Below the pieces are notes generated by a model. The model was not told where the DNA came from. It saw only the letters and a program-made list of their open reading frames with translations, and ran no database searches. A DNA stretch of 64,000 nt from Octopus vulgaris (Eukaryota). Shown here in pieces: positions 29,166-41,590 of the stretch. Location: contig OX597826.1 in the NCBI GenBank assembly GCA_951406725.2, positions 26,908,001 to 26,972,000 of the forward strand, in the 5' to 3' direction. A program made the position numbers and the translations under genes. The stretch's first letter is position 1. Each line of letters opens with the position of its first letter.

Positions 29166-30084
29166 ATTCTCCTACTTGTTGTTTAACCCCAGGTTTACCT
29201 GATCCAAGAGTCCTGTATTCTTCGATTAAAGGCGAAGAATTAAGTAAATCACGTGTTGTTTCTCATTTCTTTTTGTGTGTGTCTGTGGGTGGGGTAATAT
29301 ATCTAAATCTATATTTTTCAATGTTTCCTTGTTTTCTGAGAACGATAAGCATAATTTCAAAAAGATTTGGCTGCTATTTCTATTTCGCGCGGTTGAGCAA
29401 TGGCCTTTTAAGTTCAAATCCCTTTTTATTGGTTTTAAGCTTGTCGGCTTGTATGAGACAGAGGATATACAAGAAAGATTAAGTTCGCTAATCCTTGCTA
29501 TTGTATTACTAATAAGTCAGAGTTTCATAGCGGTTCGGGTCCCAGGCCCAGTATCATTTCTTCGTGAGTTCGATTCTGGGACCGATGGGTGAGTTGTTAT
29601 TGAGCAAAGTAATTCATTTCACGAGTACCTTTTCATTCCACTACTACCTGTGTCGGGGTGAGGGAATGGTCCTGTGATGGACAGGAATACCATTAAGAGA
29701 GGGAATAATTCACTCCCAGTGACTTAAGCGCTTTCACAAGCCGGCAAAATTGCAAACTCCTCAACCGGTAGGATCGATTCTGATTACAGTACCACCACCA
29801 GCACCATCATCCACCACAAACATCACCATCAACGCAACCAAAAACAATACCATCAACACAAATACCACCCTCACCACACACAGCACCCCCAACACCATTA
29901 GCACTACCATCATCGCCACCACCTCCACAAACATCCCCACCAATACCATTGACATCGTCATCGTCATCATTATTATCGTCGTCATCGTCGTCATCATCAT
30001 TACTGCCTCTAGTACTTTGACTCCTAAAGCTGTCTTCCCGGATTTCATAACCCTCTCCCCCATCACTCGGAACGGACGCAAGTT

Positions 30085-30228
30085 CGTCACAAAGTAACTC
30101 ATGTAACCTTCAGAGGAACTGAACAGCGTGAAATGAAATGTTTTGGCCAAGAACGCAAAGCATCACCCATCCAGGGGATCGACACCATTTTCGATCACAA
30201 GTGCAACACCCCAGTCACGGTGTCACAA
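30085..30228 (-). mobile_element. Degenerate SINE head B
   Basis: gaactgaacagcgtgaaatgaaatgttttggccaagaac...ccaggggatcgacacc resembles 5525-5650. Confidence 0.5.
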
Positions 30229-30883
30229 ATTTTCACTATAGAATACCCAGGAACATCTCAAACATAAGAGCATTACACTCATCATCTACTGACATATATA
30301 GACCAAGATTTTGTTACCAAAATCCCTAATTTTACGGCAAATAATCATATATTAGTAAACACGTTAAAAAATAGAGAATGATGAAGACAGAAAGGGTTGT
30401 TATAGTTTTCTATTCAGAACAGCTTCCACATCATCTGTTACTTCAAAGAAATCATTTCAAAGAGCAATGTAAGAAGAAAAAAATTTCTTCGAAACATAAC
30501 TCACTGATAATATACAAGACAATATTAAGAAATACACGCGATTTACTTTCACTTTCGCTTTTTCAATCGTTAGATACTGGGCGTGCTAGGGTGACATTAT
30601 CAAGGGTTTAGTCGGATGAATCGGTCACCACCCTCCGTAATTAATTTTTAAGTCTTGTATACTTATTATTTCACTTTCATTTCTTCAACCACTATGTTAC
30701 GGAGACGTAAGCAAGCCAGTACCAGTTTTTCACACAGTGGTGGGGGACAAACATGAACACAAACACACATATATTCAGGCATGCATAAATCACTCTCTCT
30801 CTTTTTCTGTGTGTGTCTGTGTGTGTCAATATATACACATGACTGTATATATTGACTGGATGATCGAGTCAAGCCGATTGGGC

Positions 30884-30941
30884 GGCTCTCACTGAAGAAG
30901 TATACATGAATACGCGAAACTGGACGTCTAGTCTGAGAGTT
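30884..30941 (+). ncRNA. Type I hammerhead ribozyme motif with palindromic helix III
   Basis: GGCUCUCA-CUGAAGA-a GUAU acauga AUAC gc-GAAA-CUGGA cg UCUAG-UC|UGAGAGUU; GUC triplet, predicted cleavage after 30933; base of helix II imperfect. Confidence 0.75.
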
Positions 30942-30997
30942 TCTCCATTTGGTCATGGGGCTTTCCCCCCACCCTTGTCAGCATAAGTTTATACATT

Positions 30998-31220
30998 TTA
31001 TCTCTTTACTGCACACAGGGGGCTAAACATAGAGGGGACAAACAAGGACAGACACACAGATTAAGTCGATTGCATCGACCGCAAGAGACCTATTTAATCG
31101 ACCCCGAAAGGATGAAAGGCAAAGTCGACCTCGGCGGAATTTGAACTCCGAACGTAGCGACAGACGAAATACTGCTATTTCACCTGGCGTGCTAATGTTT
31201 CTGCTAGCTCATCGCCCTAT
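30998..31220 (-). mobile_element. SINE family 2
   Basis: aaacatagaggggacaaacaaggac...atcgaccccgaaaggatgaaaggcaaagtcgacctcggcggaatttgaactc. Confidence 0.8.
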
Positions 31221-31333
31221 GTTTATATATTTGAGCTCTTCCTACGGCACAAGGAATACTGTACTCCTATTTCTAGCTATGTAGGTGTTGTTGGCACACT
31301 TACATTTAGCGACGATTGAATTTTTCTTTTACT

Positions 31334-31416
<83 letters not shown>

Positions 31417-31764
31417 TATATATATATATATACATCTATATATATACATATATACATACATACATACATATGTGCACAAACACACACACATATATATATA
31501 TTAGTAGAAGTTTGAAAAGTAACAGTTGATATGTATAAGGAAAATGAAAATTATTTCAGCATTTTCCACCTTGTCTTATTTTCCTTATATACATACATAC
31601 ATACATACATACATACATACTTACATACATACGTACTTACATACATGCATGTATACATACATACATATATACATACATATATTCATACATACATGCATGC
31701 ATATATACATACATATATGCATACATACATATCTGCATGCATACATACATACATACATACATAC

Positions 31765-31928
31765 ACGTCGGTATCTTTCAGTTTCGTTCTTCCAAATCCA
31801 TTCAGAATTGTTTGTTTGGCCTAGGGCAAGAGTAGATGACAGTTACTCGAATTGCTGCGCTGTGGAACTAAGCCAGTAACTACATACCTGTGAAGCATGC
31901 TTCCCAACCACACAGTTCCGCCTATGCC
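31765..31928 (-). mobile_element. SINE family 1, degenerate 5' part
   Basis: tctttcagtttcgttcttccaaatccattca...cccaaccacacag. Confidence 0.55.
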
Positions 31929-32440
31929 TCATAGTATGTATCCTTTACCTACCGAGTTCTTTAGAAACAGAATATAAACCATAATCTACATTAAGCTATT
32001 ACCAAATTAAAGAATGCCGACCGATCTTCATTATCATCAACGCTCGTAACAGAAACAGGAGCAGCAATTGCAGCAGCAGCGACAGTAGCATCGACAGCAA
32101 CATTAGGAGAAACAGTCGAACAGCCAGAATCATCCCAATCAATAAAATAAGAAGGCCAATACCAGAAAAAAAAAAATCATAATCAACAGCATCAGCAATG
32201 GCCATATTTGCAATCAACGATGTTAGGAAGTATTTCCCCCACCTTCGTCGTTACCTTAATTGATTGTGCTCATCCACGTCGTCGTCGTCGTCTCATGGTT
32301 GTCATCATCATCATCATCATCAGCATCATCATCATCAACATTATAATCATCACCATCATCATCACAGCGTCTTCATGATGATGTGATGAGCAGGATAATG
32401 ATCATCATCCTCAAAGGGAGAGACACATTTGCGGTGTCAC

Positions 32441-32496
<56 letters not shown>

Positions 32497-32500
32497 TAAC

Positions 32501-32532
<32 letters not shown>

Positions 32533-32599
32533 TAATAACAATAATAATAATAATAATAATAATAACAATAATGATAATAATAGTAATAATAATAATAAT

Positions 32600-32659
<60 letters not shown>

Positions 32660-32660
32660 G

Positions 32661-32721
<61 letters not shown>

Positions 32722-32769
32722 TAAAAATGATAATAATGATAATATCAATAATAAAAATAATAATAATAA

Positions 32770-32813
<44 letters not shown>

Positions 32814-32925
32814 ACATTACGCTTTGAAACTCAGAGTACCAACAATTTTGAATCAAACAGCTTTGATCCATATCGATCTATCTATCCATCTATCTACATA
32901 TATACATGCATACATACATAAATAG
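32441..32925 (+). repeat. (AAT)n-(AT)n plus unique block, second copy of 9808-10015
   Basis: Near-identical about 100-bp block behind a longer AAT array. Confidence 0.8.
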
Positions 32926-33262
32926 ATACATACATACATATATGAACTGAGAACGTAGCGATGGTCGAAATAACGCTAAGCATTGGAATGCGGCCATGCC
33001 AGGGTACTGCACTGAAACGCTTAGAGAAGGAAATCGACAGCAGAACTCATGTTTAAGTCTGTAACGTATCTGTCGGTGATTTTTGTGAAGCTACCTTACG
33101 GGGAGATGACGTAACCAAACGCCGTTTGCAATCTGTGGTGGAGACAAACACGAGGCAAAGATACAAGCACATTCACACACACACACACATACCCACACAC
33201 ACGCACACACACACATACACATACGTGCATATATACATACAAACAAACAATCATACATACAT

Positions 33263-33313
<51 letters not shown>

Positions 33314-33570
33314 TTTAACAATTAAGGATAACCTCTTAATAAGGGATCTTAACAAGAAATTATCGGGTAGTTAGCGTGAAAACCTCATAAAAGAAAAGAA
33401 TTCGAAAATAATTTTTTTCTCTTGAACAAATTAATTATATCTATATTGTATAGAGGGCATTATTACACATAAATGCCTCACACTAAGAGGGACAAAGTCA
33501 TTACTACCAAAATTATACTAATCATACCCAAATGCAGTTTTTCAAAGCAAGACATTTAAAAAATGAATTT

Positions 33571-33628
33571 AGTTCTGTATCACCGTGATTTCACATTCAA
33601 CTTACGTCTTATGATCATCAGCAGAACT
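33571..33628 (-). ncRNA. Type I hammerhead ribozyme, copy 1
   Basis: Reverse complement reads AGUUCUG-CUGAUGA-helix II-GAAA-UCAC g GUGA-UA|CAGAACU. Confidence 0.8.
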
Positions 33629-34050
33629 GATTCTGAACACATCATAAATAAACTACCAACCTTACGTAGCGAAGACGAACAGACAACTGCTCACTCCGGC
33701 CAAGCACATGGAATGTTTATAAATCATATATCCGGTAAATGGCGGGCTTTTTACGAACTGCATGTCGGGTAATAAAAAGTATTTCGGAATAAGTTTAACA
33801 ATTAAGGATAACCTCTTAATAAGGGATCTTAACAAGAAATTATCGGGTAGTTAGCGTGAAAACCTCATAAAAGAAAAGAATTCGAAAATAATTTTTTTCT
33901 CTTGAACAAATTAATTATATCTATATTGTATAGAGGGCATTATTACACATAAATGCCTCACACTAAGAGGGACAAAGTCATTACTACCAAAATTATACTA
34001 ATCATACCCAAATGCAGTTTTTCAAAGCAAGACATTTAAAAAATGAATTT

Positions 34051-34108
34051 AGTTCTGTATCACCGTGATTTCACATTCAACTTACGTCTTATGATCATCA
34101 GCAGAACT
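34051..34108 (-). ncRNA. Type I hammerhead ribozyme, copy 2
   Basis: Identical to copy 1, 480 nt away on the same strand. Confidence 0.8.
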
Positions 34109-34529
34109 GATTCTGAACACATCATAAATAAACTACCAACCTTACGTAGCGAATGATTAGTATAATTTTGGTAGTAATGACTTTGTCCCTCTTAGTGTGA
34201 GGCATTTATGTGTAATAATGCCCTCTATACAATATAGATATAATTAATTTGTTCAAGAGAAAAAAATTATTTTCGAATTCTTTTCTTTTATGAGGTTTTC
34301 ACGCTAACTACCCGATAATTTCTTGTTAAGATCCCTTATTAAGAGGTTATCCTTAATTGTTAAACTTATTCCGAAATACTTTTTATTACCCGACATGCAG
34401 TTCGTAAAAAGCCCGCCATTTACCGGATATATGATTTATAAACATTCCATGTGCTTGGCCGGAGTGAGCAGTTGTCTGTTCGTCTTCGCTACGTAAGGTT
34501 GGTAGTTTATTTATGATGTGTTCAGAATC

Positions 34530-34587
34530 AGTTCTGCTGATGATCATAAGACGTAAGTTGAATGTGAAATCACGGTGATACAGAACT
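34530..34587 (+). ncRNA. Type I hammerhead ribozyme, copy 3 (inverted arm)
   Basis: agttctg ctgatga tcataagacgtaagttgaatgt gaaa tcacggtga ta cagaact; predicted cleavage after 34580. Confidence 0.8.
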
Positions 34588-34708
34588 AAATTCATTTTTT
34601 AAATGTCTTGCTTTGAAAAACTGCATTTGGGTATGATTAGTATAATTTTGGTAGTAATGACTTTGTCCCTCTTAGTGTGAGGCATTTATGTGTAATAATG
34701 CCCTCTAT

Positions 34709-34759
<51 letters not shown>

Positions 34760-35079
34760 ACAACAAAGTAAATATACACATACATGTATATGTTTATATA
34801 CCCGACGTGCTTCAACACATCTTCCGTTAACCAACATCCCGCTCAACGCATTACTCTTCTTAGGGCTATAGCAGAAAATACTTACCCTTGGTACATGAGT
34901 CTGAACCTGAAACCACGTGGTTACTAAGGGATTCCTGAAACACATGCTGTGGCTACTAAACAGGGATCAAATGATTTTTTTAAAGACATTCTATATACAT
35001 CATTTCCACATTAGTTCAGCATCATTAATGAGGGCTTGAAGTCGTTAAGGGGGTCATACATACCTGTAATTAAAAAAAA

Positions 35080-35262
35080 TCGTTTCTGCTGTAGGCACAA
35101 GGCCCGAAACTTTGGGGCAGGGTAATAGTCCGTTGCATCAACCCCAATGCGTAACAGGTACTTATTTCATAGACCCTGAAAGGATGAAAGGCAATGTTGA
35201 CCTGGGTGGAATTTGATCTGAAAACTAAGGGACGGATGAAATGCCGCTAAGGATTTTTCCCC
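35080..35262 (-). mobile_element. SINE family 2
   Basis: taggcacaaggcccgaaac...gaccctgaaaggatgaaaggcaatgttgacc. Confidence 0.7.
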
Positions 35263-35264
35263 GG

Positions 35265-35586
35265 TTTTCCGTCGGTTAGAAAGATGAGGGTACAAGTTGG
35301 TCTTATGAACGGAACATCCTACTCGGGGAATTAACGGGCAAGCGGCTGAGTGCTCCAGACACACGCGTATCCTCAGTGTAGTTCTCAGGGAGATATTCAG
35401 TACGACCGGATTTGACAAGACTGCCCTATTGAATTACAGCTACTAATCACTTTTGGCAGCTGAGTGAACTGGATTAACGTGAAATAAAGTATCTTGCTCA
35501 AGAGTACAATTACAAACGGGGAATCGAACACATGACCTTACGATCGTGACCTGAATACTTCAAGCACTAAGGCTCGCAACTTCACG
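35265..35586 (-). mobile_element. tRNA-derived SINE (head B, tail Y)
   Basis: Head matches 5520-5656; tail (ctgaatatctccctgagaactac...ctcagccgcttgcccgttaatt...taaccgacgg) matches 46352-46535. Confidence 0.75.
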
Positions 35587-36033
35587 ATATAAAGAATATT
35601 AATAAAGGGAATTCTACACTTGTTGTCTGTATTGAGTACTTCGTCTACTTCGGCTGAACAAGTTTCACCTAAAAGAATATGCACAATACATATACGTGTG
35701 AGAATCAGTTAGTGAGTCTATGAGTTAAAATACATGTGTGTGTGTGTGTTCGCGCGCGTGTGTGTGTGTGTGTGTGCGTGTTTGTATGTGCGTGAGTTGT
35801 ATGCGTGCTCAACCACGGATTTCTCTGTGTGTGAATGTATAAATATAAATATTGGTAACAAATACACACACACACACACACACACACAACACACATATAT
35901 ATATATATATAGGTAATAGATATAGGGTAAAGAATTATTAATTTAATAATTAATAATTTTACCAAGTAGTTCGGTATGTAAAATAAAATAAAAACTACAA
36001 AATAAAAAATAAAAATAATAAAACCGATAATGG

Positions 36034-36093
<60 letters not shown>

Positions 36094-36174
36094 TCATATT
36101 TTGATTTCGATTTTTCTGTTTGTATCATCAAGCTTATATTTGTATATATGTATATATGTATATATGAATGTATG

Positions 36175-36241
<67 letters not shown>

Positions 36242-36250
36242 GTCTATCTG

Positions 36251-36291
<41 letters not shown>

Positions 36292-36974
36292 CTATATATA
36301 TAGAGACACAGAGAGAGAGAGAGAGTATCTGTGTGTATGAGTCGTTTTCATGTATGTTTATATATGAGTATGTGTGGCATTGTTTGCCAGTATGCGTATA
36401 TATGGGCATTTGTGGCATTATTTGCACTAACCTTCACTACGTAGGTGAAAGAAGATAAGATCCATAAACCTCCATTGTTATCTGCCAAAGCCAGTCAATC
36501 TTAATATTCTCTGTGTTTTGCAAATCATATCGAGCCAATACTAAGATGGAATGGAATAATCTGGGAATTATTTTACGGATTCTACAGAATCTAGTGCCAT
36601 CTGCATATTACCAATCGCTTTTGTCACGATTCCTCGATACCTGAAATATCCGCTGATTCATTTGCTCATGCGTATATTTCCGATGCTGGCGTATATTTCT
36701 GATGTATTTGCTGTGCTGGTCTATAATGTTCCACAAAATTTTCTGCGACTCTGAAATTTGGTAAAGCATTTCTTCTGTAAATTGTTTGTTGCTAATTATT
36801 TCATGTTAACCAGTTTTTACTTAGGTTGGAATTTTGATAACATGTGCACATATAAAACTTAATTTTTAGATAGGATGTTAACGACAAAATTGAAGGGCTA
36901 ATTGTTGAAATATTTGTGTGTGTAGTATATATGTATGTATAAATACACACACACACACACACATATATATATGT

Positions 36975-37105
36975 TTGAAATTTACAGAAAAACAAAAGAC
37001 GAAGACAGGTCCATAAACAAAAAAAAAGTGTATTAGTTTAACGCTCAGGAAGGCGAGGAAGTCTTTTACGTTTCGAGCCTACGTTCTTCAACAGAAAAGA
37101 ACGCA
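36975..37105 (-). mobile_element. Relative of the 19745-19951 repeat with a variant hammerhead core
   Basis: Minus strand tctttt CTGTTGA agaacgtaggctc GAAACGTA aaaga...cttcctgagcgttaaactaatacac; flanked by (TA)n. Confidence 0.55.
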
Positions 37106-37106
37106 A

Positions 37107-37201
<95 letters not shown>

Positions 37202-37208
37202 TATATGT

Positions 37209-37241
<33 letters not shown>

Positions 37242-38971
37242 CGTATATATGTATATACATTCATACATGCATACATACACACACATATATGTATAGTTGT
37301 GTGAGTATGTTTATATATGTATATATATTGTCCATATAGTGTTGTATGAGGGAGACAAGTGATAAATTCTGCATGTGTGTCCTCACATGTGTTTGCGTTC
37401 CTCGTCGTGTGCATGAAGTGCCAGTGAATGTATCGCGAATACCTGAGGGAGTGGGGGGGGACTGAGGGGAAACAAAACAGTTTCAGGATCAAATTCATAT
37501 GAAGTAAGCGTTGTTGCATCAAAAGTTTTACTTGAAACCATTTCCCTTCCAAACAGAAATAAACCTTCCTTAATCCGCACAATTTTGATACAAATTTGAT
37601 ACAGAGTTGAACAAATTGCTTACTGAAGTTTGTTATGTATCTAGTCACTGAGTTCAAACTCCCGTTAAGAGCAGCTTTACATTTCCTCCTAATTTAATTT
37701 ACAAGTACGGACCGATCTAATATTGGAAGGGTGAACGATTTAATTCATAGTACTCGCGTTCAGAATTCGTCGCATTTTGGCTAAATTATAAATAATTACA
37801 TTCATACGCAATCCTGTTGGAAAGAGATTAAGGATTAACTACCAGGAGAGAAATCTCAACACAAATATAAGACCACTGCTTCTATTTTTCGTCAGCGGAG
37901 ACCAGCATCACAAAAGATAAGGAGACATAGCACCTTAAAGTGATAAATACATAGCAGAGATTAACAGATGTTGAGACATTATGGTAGATACGAGATAGCG
38001 TGGATTCACGCAAGAATTTCTGCGAAATTAATTAGTGCGGGATTTCTTATTCCATATATTGATCAAAGATAATTGATATTATGTAAATACATGGTTTATG
38101 GTCCCTGTGGACAACTAAACACAAAATCACATTCTATAGAAAATGGAGAATATACAAATGTTACGTAAACCATTTTTCTCAGGAGACTTCTGTTGTATGA
38201 CACCGACTCTCTTGTCTTCCGAAAGAGGAAATCATGTGTATTCACAACAATAATTAATTACGAAGATAATGACAACAGGTGGGTACTACTTCTCTTCTCT
38301 TGCAATTGTCTACCAAATTCTCTTTAAAAATGCTGAATCTAGTAATTCTTTAGATTCCAGTCAAATAGATTTTGAAATATGTTAATAAAAATAAAGGCCA
38401 GAATTTGTTTTAGTTACATGGAAACAATACAAATGATGAAGTAGACAGCTTCAGTTTGAAAGATGTATGAAGCATAATGATGCTGCCTGCAGGATTTTTA
38501 TCTTTTCCATCTATTGACGCAGCGTACATTAATACAACTTGTTTAACTAGAGACTGTACATCTCATACATATCTCAGCAGTAGAAAAAAGAAATGTTAGT
38601 CTATAAAGTTACTGAGACTAAACAAAACCTTTTGACTTCATTTTTTCAGGTATGCTTCTTGAACAAATTTAGAACGTTTGTCCTATTGTTTATAACACCA
38701 GGTCTAATGGGATTCTATTTAAAAAATATTACCGAAGGGGGAAAATAATTTCGAACATAAATATGGCTGTGATATGGCCGGACAGTAAATAAGACGCAGA
38801 AGCGCTCATAACCTTCTTGCACCTGTCATTTACCTTGGGAGATCACTCACCTCGCATGTCCACGAATTCGTTCAGGCACAACACCACCATGGCTAAAGTG
38901 ACAGGCGATAACAGTAACAACAATAGCAACGAAAAAGGAGAAAAGGACATCAATATTCATACCAACATTAT

Positions 38972-39600
38972 GGTGGCGAGGCGGCACGTCGGGCAAAATA
39001 CTTAACAGTATTTCATCTAGCTTTTCGTTCTGAGTTCAAATTCCGCCGAGGTCGGCTTTGCCTTTCGTCCTTTTGGAGTCGATAAATTAAGTACCAGTTG
39101 CGTACTGGGATGGAACTAATCGACTGGCCCCCTCCACCCAAATTTTCGGGCTTTGTGACTAGAGTAGAAAAGAATAATTAGCACGTCGGGCGAAATGTTT
39201 GGCGGCATTTCGTCCATCTTCAAGGCTGTGAGCTTAAATTCCGCCGAGGTCGACTTTAACTTTCATCCTTTTAGAGTTGATAAAATAGGTACCAGTTGAG
39301 TACTGGGGTCGATGCAATCAACCTACCCCCTCCGCGAAATTGCTGGCCTTGTGTAAAAAGTTGGAACAAATGTTAATATCAACATAGGGCGAGCTGGCAC
39401 AATCGTTAGCACGACAGGTAGAAATGTCTAACGGTATTTCGTCCGTCTTTAGGTTTTGAGTTCAAATTCCACCGAGGCCGACTTTGTCTCTCATTCCTTT
39501 CGCGGTCGATAAAATTAGTACCAGTTAAACACTGGAATCGATGTAATCGACTAGCCCCCTTTCCCGAAATTGCTGACCTTGTGCTAAAATTTAAAGGCAA
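38972..39600 (+). mobile_element. Head-to-tail trimer of SINE family 2
   Basis: Three about 200-bp units each with gcacgtcggg..aaat / aaattccgccgaggtcg / gtcgataaa..agtaccagtt / ccttgtg. Confidence 0.85.
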
Positions 39601-40234
39601 TATCAATATCAACATAAGTGAGAAAGAAACATAAATAACGGAAGTAGACAACTGTCAGACGACCACGTGGACGAATGGGTAGAAAGACGAAGCAAAATGC
39701 AGCAAAACGCAGCAAAACGCAGCAAAAAATCGTTTGGACATTCACGTACTCCAAGCCCTATGGTACTCCGATTAGAACCTGGACTGCTCCACTTGAAATA
39801 CAGCTTTCCAATTATTGGTAAACGTAGTTGCAAAAATACACGCTATTTACAAACAGCGAATAACTTTGATAAAAAAATTTTCACTTTATGTGAACAATAT
39901 TGCTGAACCGCAAGCAGACCAACATCCTGAATCCAGTGAGGACTCCTTGTTTATAAATAAATATAATAACAAACAACATCCACACTTGACCCAAGAGACA
40001 AATGTCTTACCTTGCAGCAGCTTCTTTTGGCAGGCTAAACACTGCTGTCTATCTTCTTCAGTGCACAACACAATGACACATGTGTACACTGACAACAAAG
40101 ACTCATGGGAAGCATGCAGGCTACTTGGTAAGCAAGCTATTTAGGACACAGTCACTCCTGAAAAAAAACTAGAAATCTCTCCATGTAGAACTTCCAATTT
40201 CTAGTTGAGGATCTTTTCTGTATTAGTCCTCACA

Positions 40235-40390
40235 TTGTACTCATGGTGAGCCTCAAATGCTGCTGAGTTCAACTTTGACTTTCATCCTTTCGGAGGTCAA
40301 TGAAATAAGTACCAGTTACGTACTTGGGTCGAAGTAATTAAATTTTCCCCTACATCAAAAATTTCAAAATTTGAGCCTTTGGTAGAAAGG
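40235..40390 (+). mobile_element. SINE family 2, degenerate
   Basis: ctttgactttcatcctttcggaggtcaatgaaataagtaccagtt. Confidence 0.6.
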
Positions 40391-40453
<63 letters not shown>

Positions 40454-40738
40454 GCTGCTGCTAGTGCTGCTGCTGCAGCTGCTGCTACTACTATAGTGCT
40501 TATTGTTATAACTGCAAAATAATGGTAGGGTCAGCTGTGATAGTATTAGTTTGAGAAGTAGCAGTCCTTTGTATGATGCAGTAGAAAGCAATTATTTAAC
40601 CAACAGGAAGAGGAAAATTCAAAATTCAATATTCTGTAAAAAAAAGTTTTATATAAAATATAAATATGCACATATGATACACATATACATATACATTTAT
40701 GCACAAACATATATATATATACATATACATATATACAT

Positions 40739-40774
<36 letters not shown>

Positions 40775-40786
<12 letters not shown>

Positions 40787-40907
40787 TTATATATATATAT
40801 ATATATCTGTGTATGTATATATGTGTATGTGTGTGTATTTATATATATGTATGTATGTATATACTTATGTATGTGCGTGTATATATATATATATATGTAT
40901 GTATGTG

Positions 40908-40952
<45 letters not shown>

Positions 40953-41071
40953 TTATATATATATATATATATCTGTGTATGTATATATGTGTATGTGTGT
41001 GTATTTATATATATGTATGTATGTATGTATATACTTATGTATGTGCGTGTATATATATATGTATGTATGTG

Positions 41072-41095
<24 letters not shown>
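40775..41095. repeat. Tandem duplication of a roughly 165-bp (TA/TG) mosaic
   Basis: gtatatttat..atctgtgtatgtatatatgtgtatgtgtgtgtattt..atacttatgtatgtgcgtgt occurs twice in succession. Confidence 0.75.
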
Positions 41096-41130
<35 letters not shown>

Positions 41131-41335
41131 ATGCTTACACCCATACAGAAACATACAGGAACACACGCACGCTGGCATACCCATATGTGTGCATTCACAT
41201 CTTTTTACGCGTAAATACAGAGGTATATAAATACACATATCCATATATATGCACGCAAACGCACTCGCGCACACACATACCCACGCACGCACACACACGC
41301 GCATACACACACACAATTACATGGACGCACGCACG

Positions 41336-41368
<33 letters not shown>

Positions 41369-41555
41369 GTAATATTTTTCTCTTTAATAAATTCACCTTT
41401 TTCAGAAAACAAAATGGAAGACAAGCTGTTCGGAGAATTACAATCTTGATTTTTTTATATCTTGACCTGAAGGAAAGGAGTCAACATGGCTCCAGGTAAA
41501 GGCAGCAAATGAGTACATGCACACACACACACACACGCGCACACACACACATACA

Positions 41556-41590
<35 letters not shown>

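Larger units (their letters stand above)
33309..34716. mobile_element. 480-bp hammerhead-containing repeat in tandem and inverted arrangement (retrozyme-like)
   Basis: 33309-33673 recurs at +480 (33789-34153); 34153-34716 is the reverse complement of 33442-34005; flanked by (TA)n on both sides; three hammerheads. Confidence 0.9.

Noticed and set aside
33563-33772. Identical 69-aa ORFs at 33563 (+) and 34386 (-)
   Set aside because: A by-product of the repeat duplication, antisense to the hammerhead and with no recognisable motif.
33309-34153. CRISPR-like or prokaryotic repeat system
   Set aside because: Units are 480-bp identical repeats without spacers, in clearly eukaryotic DNA; no cas or operon-like genes.
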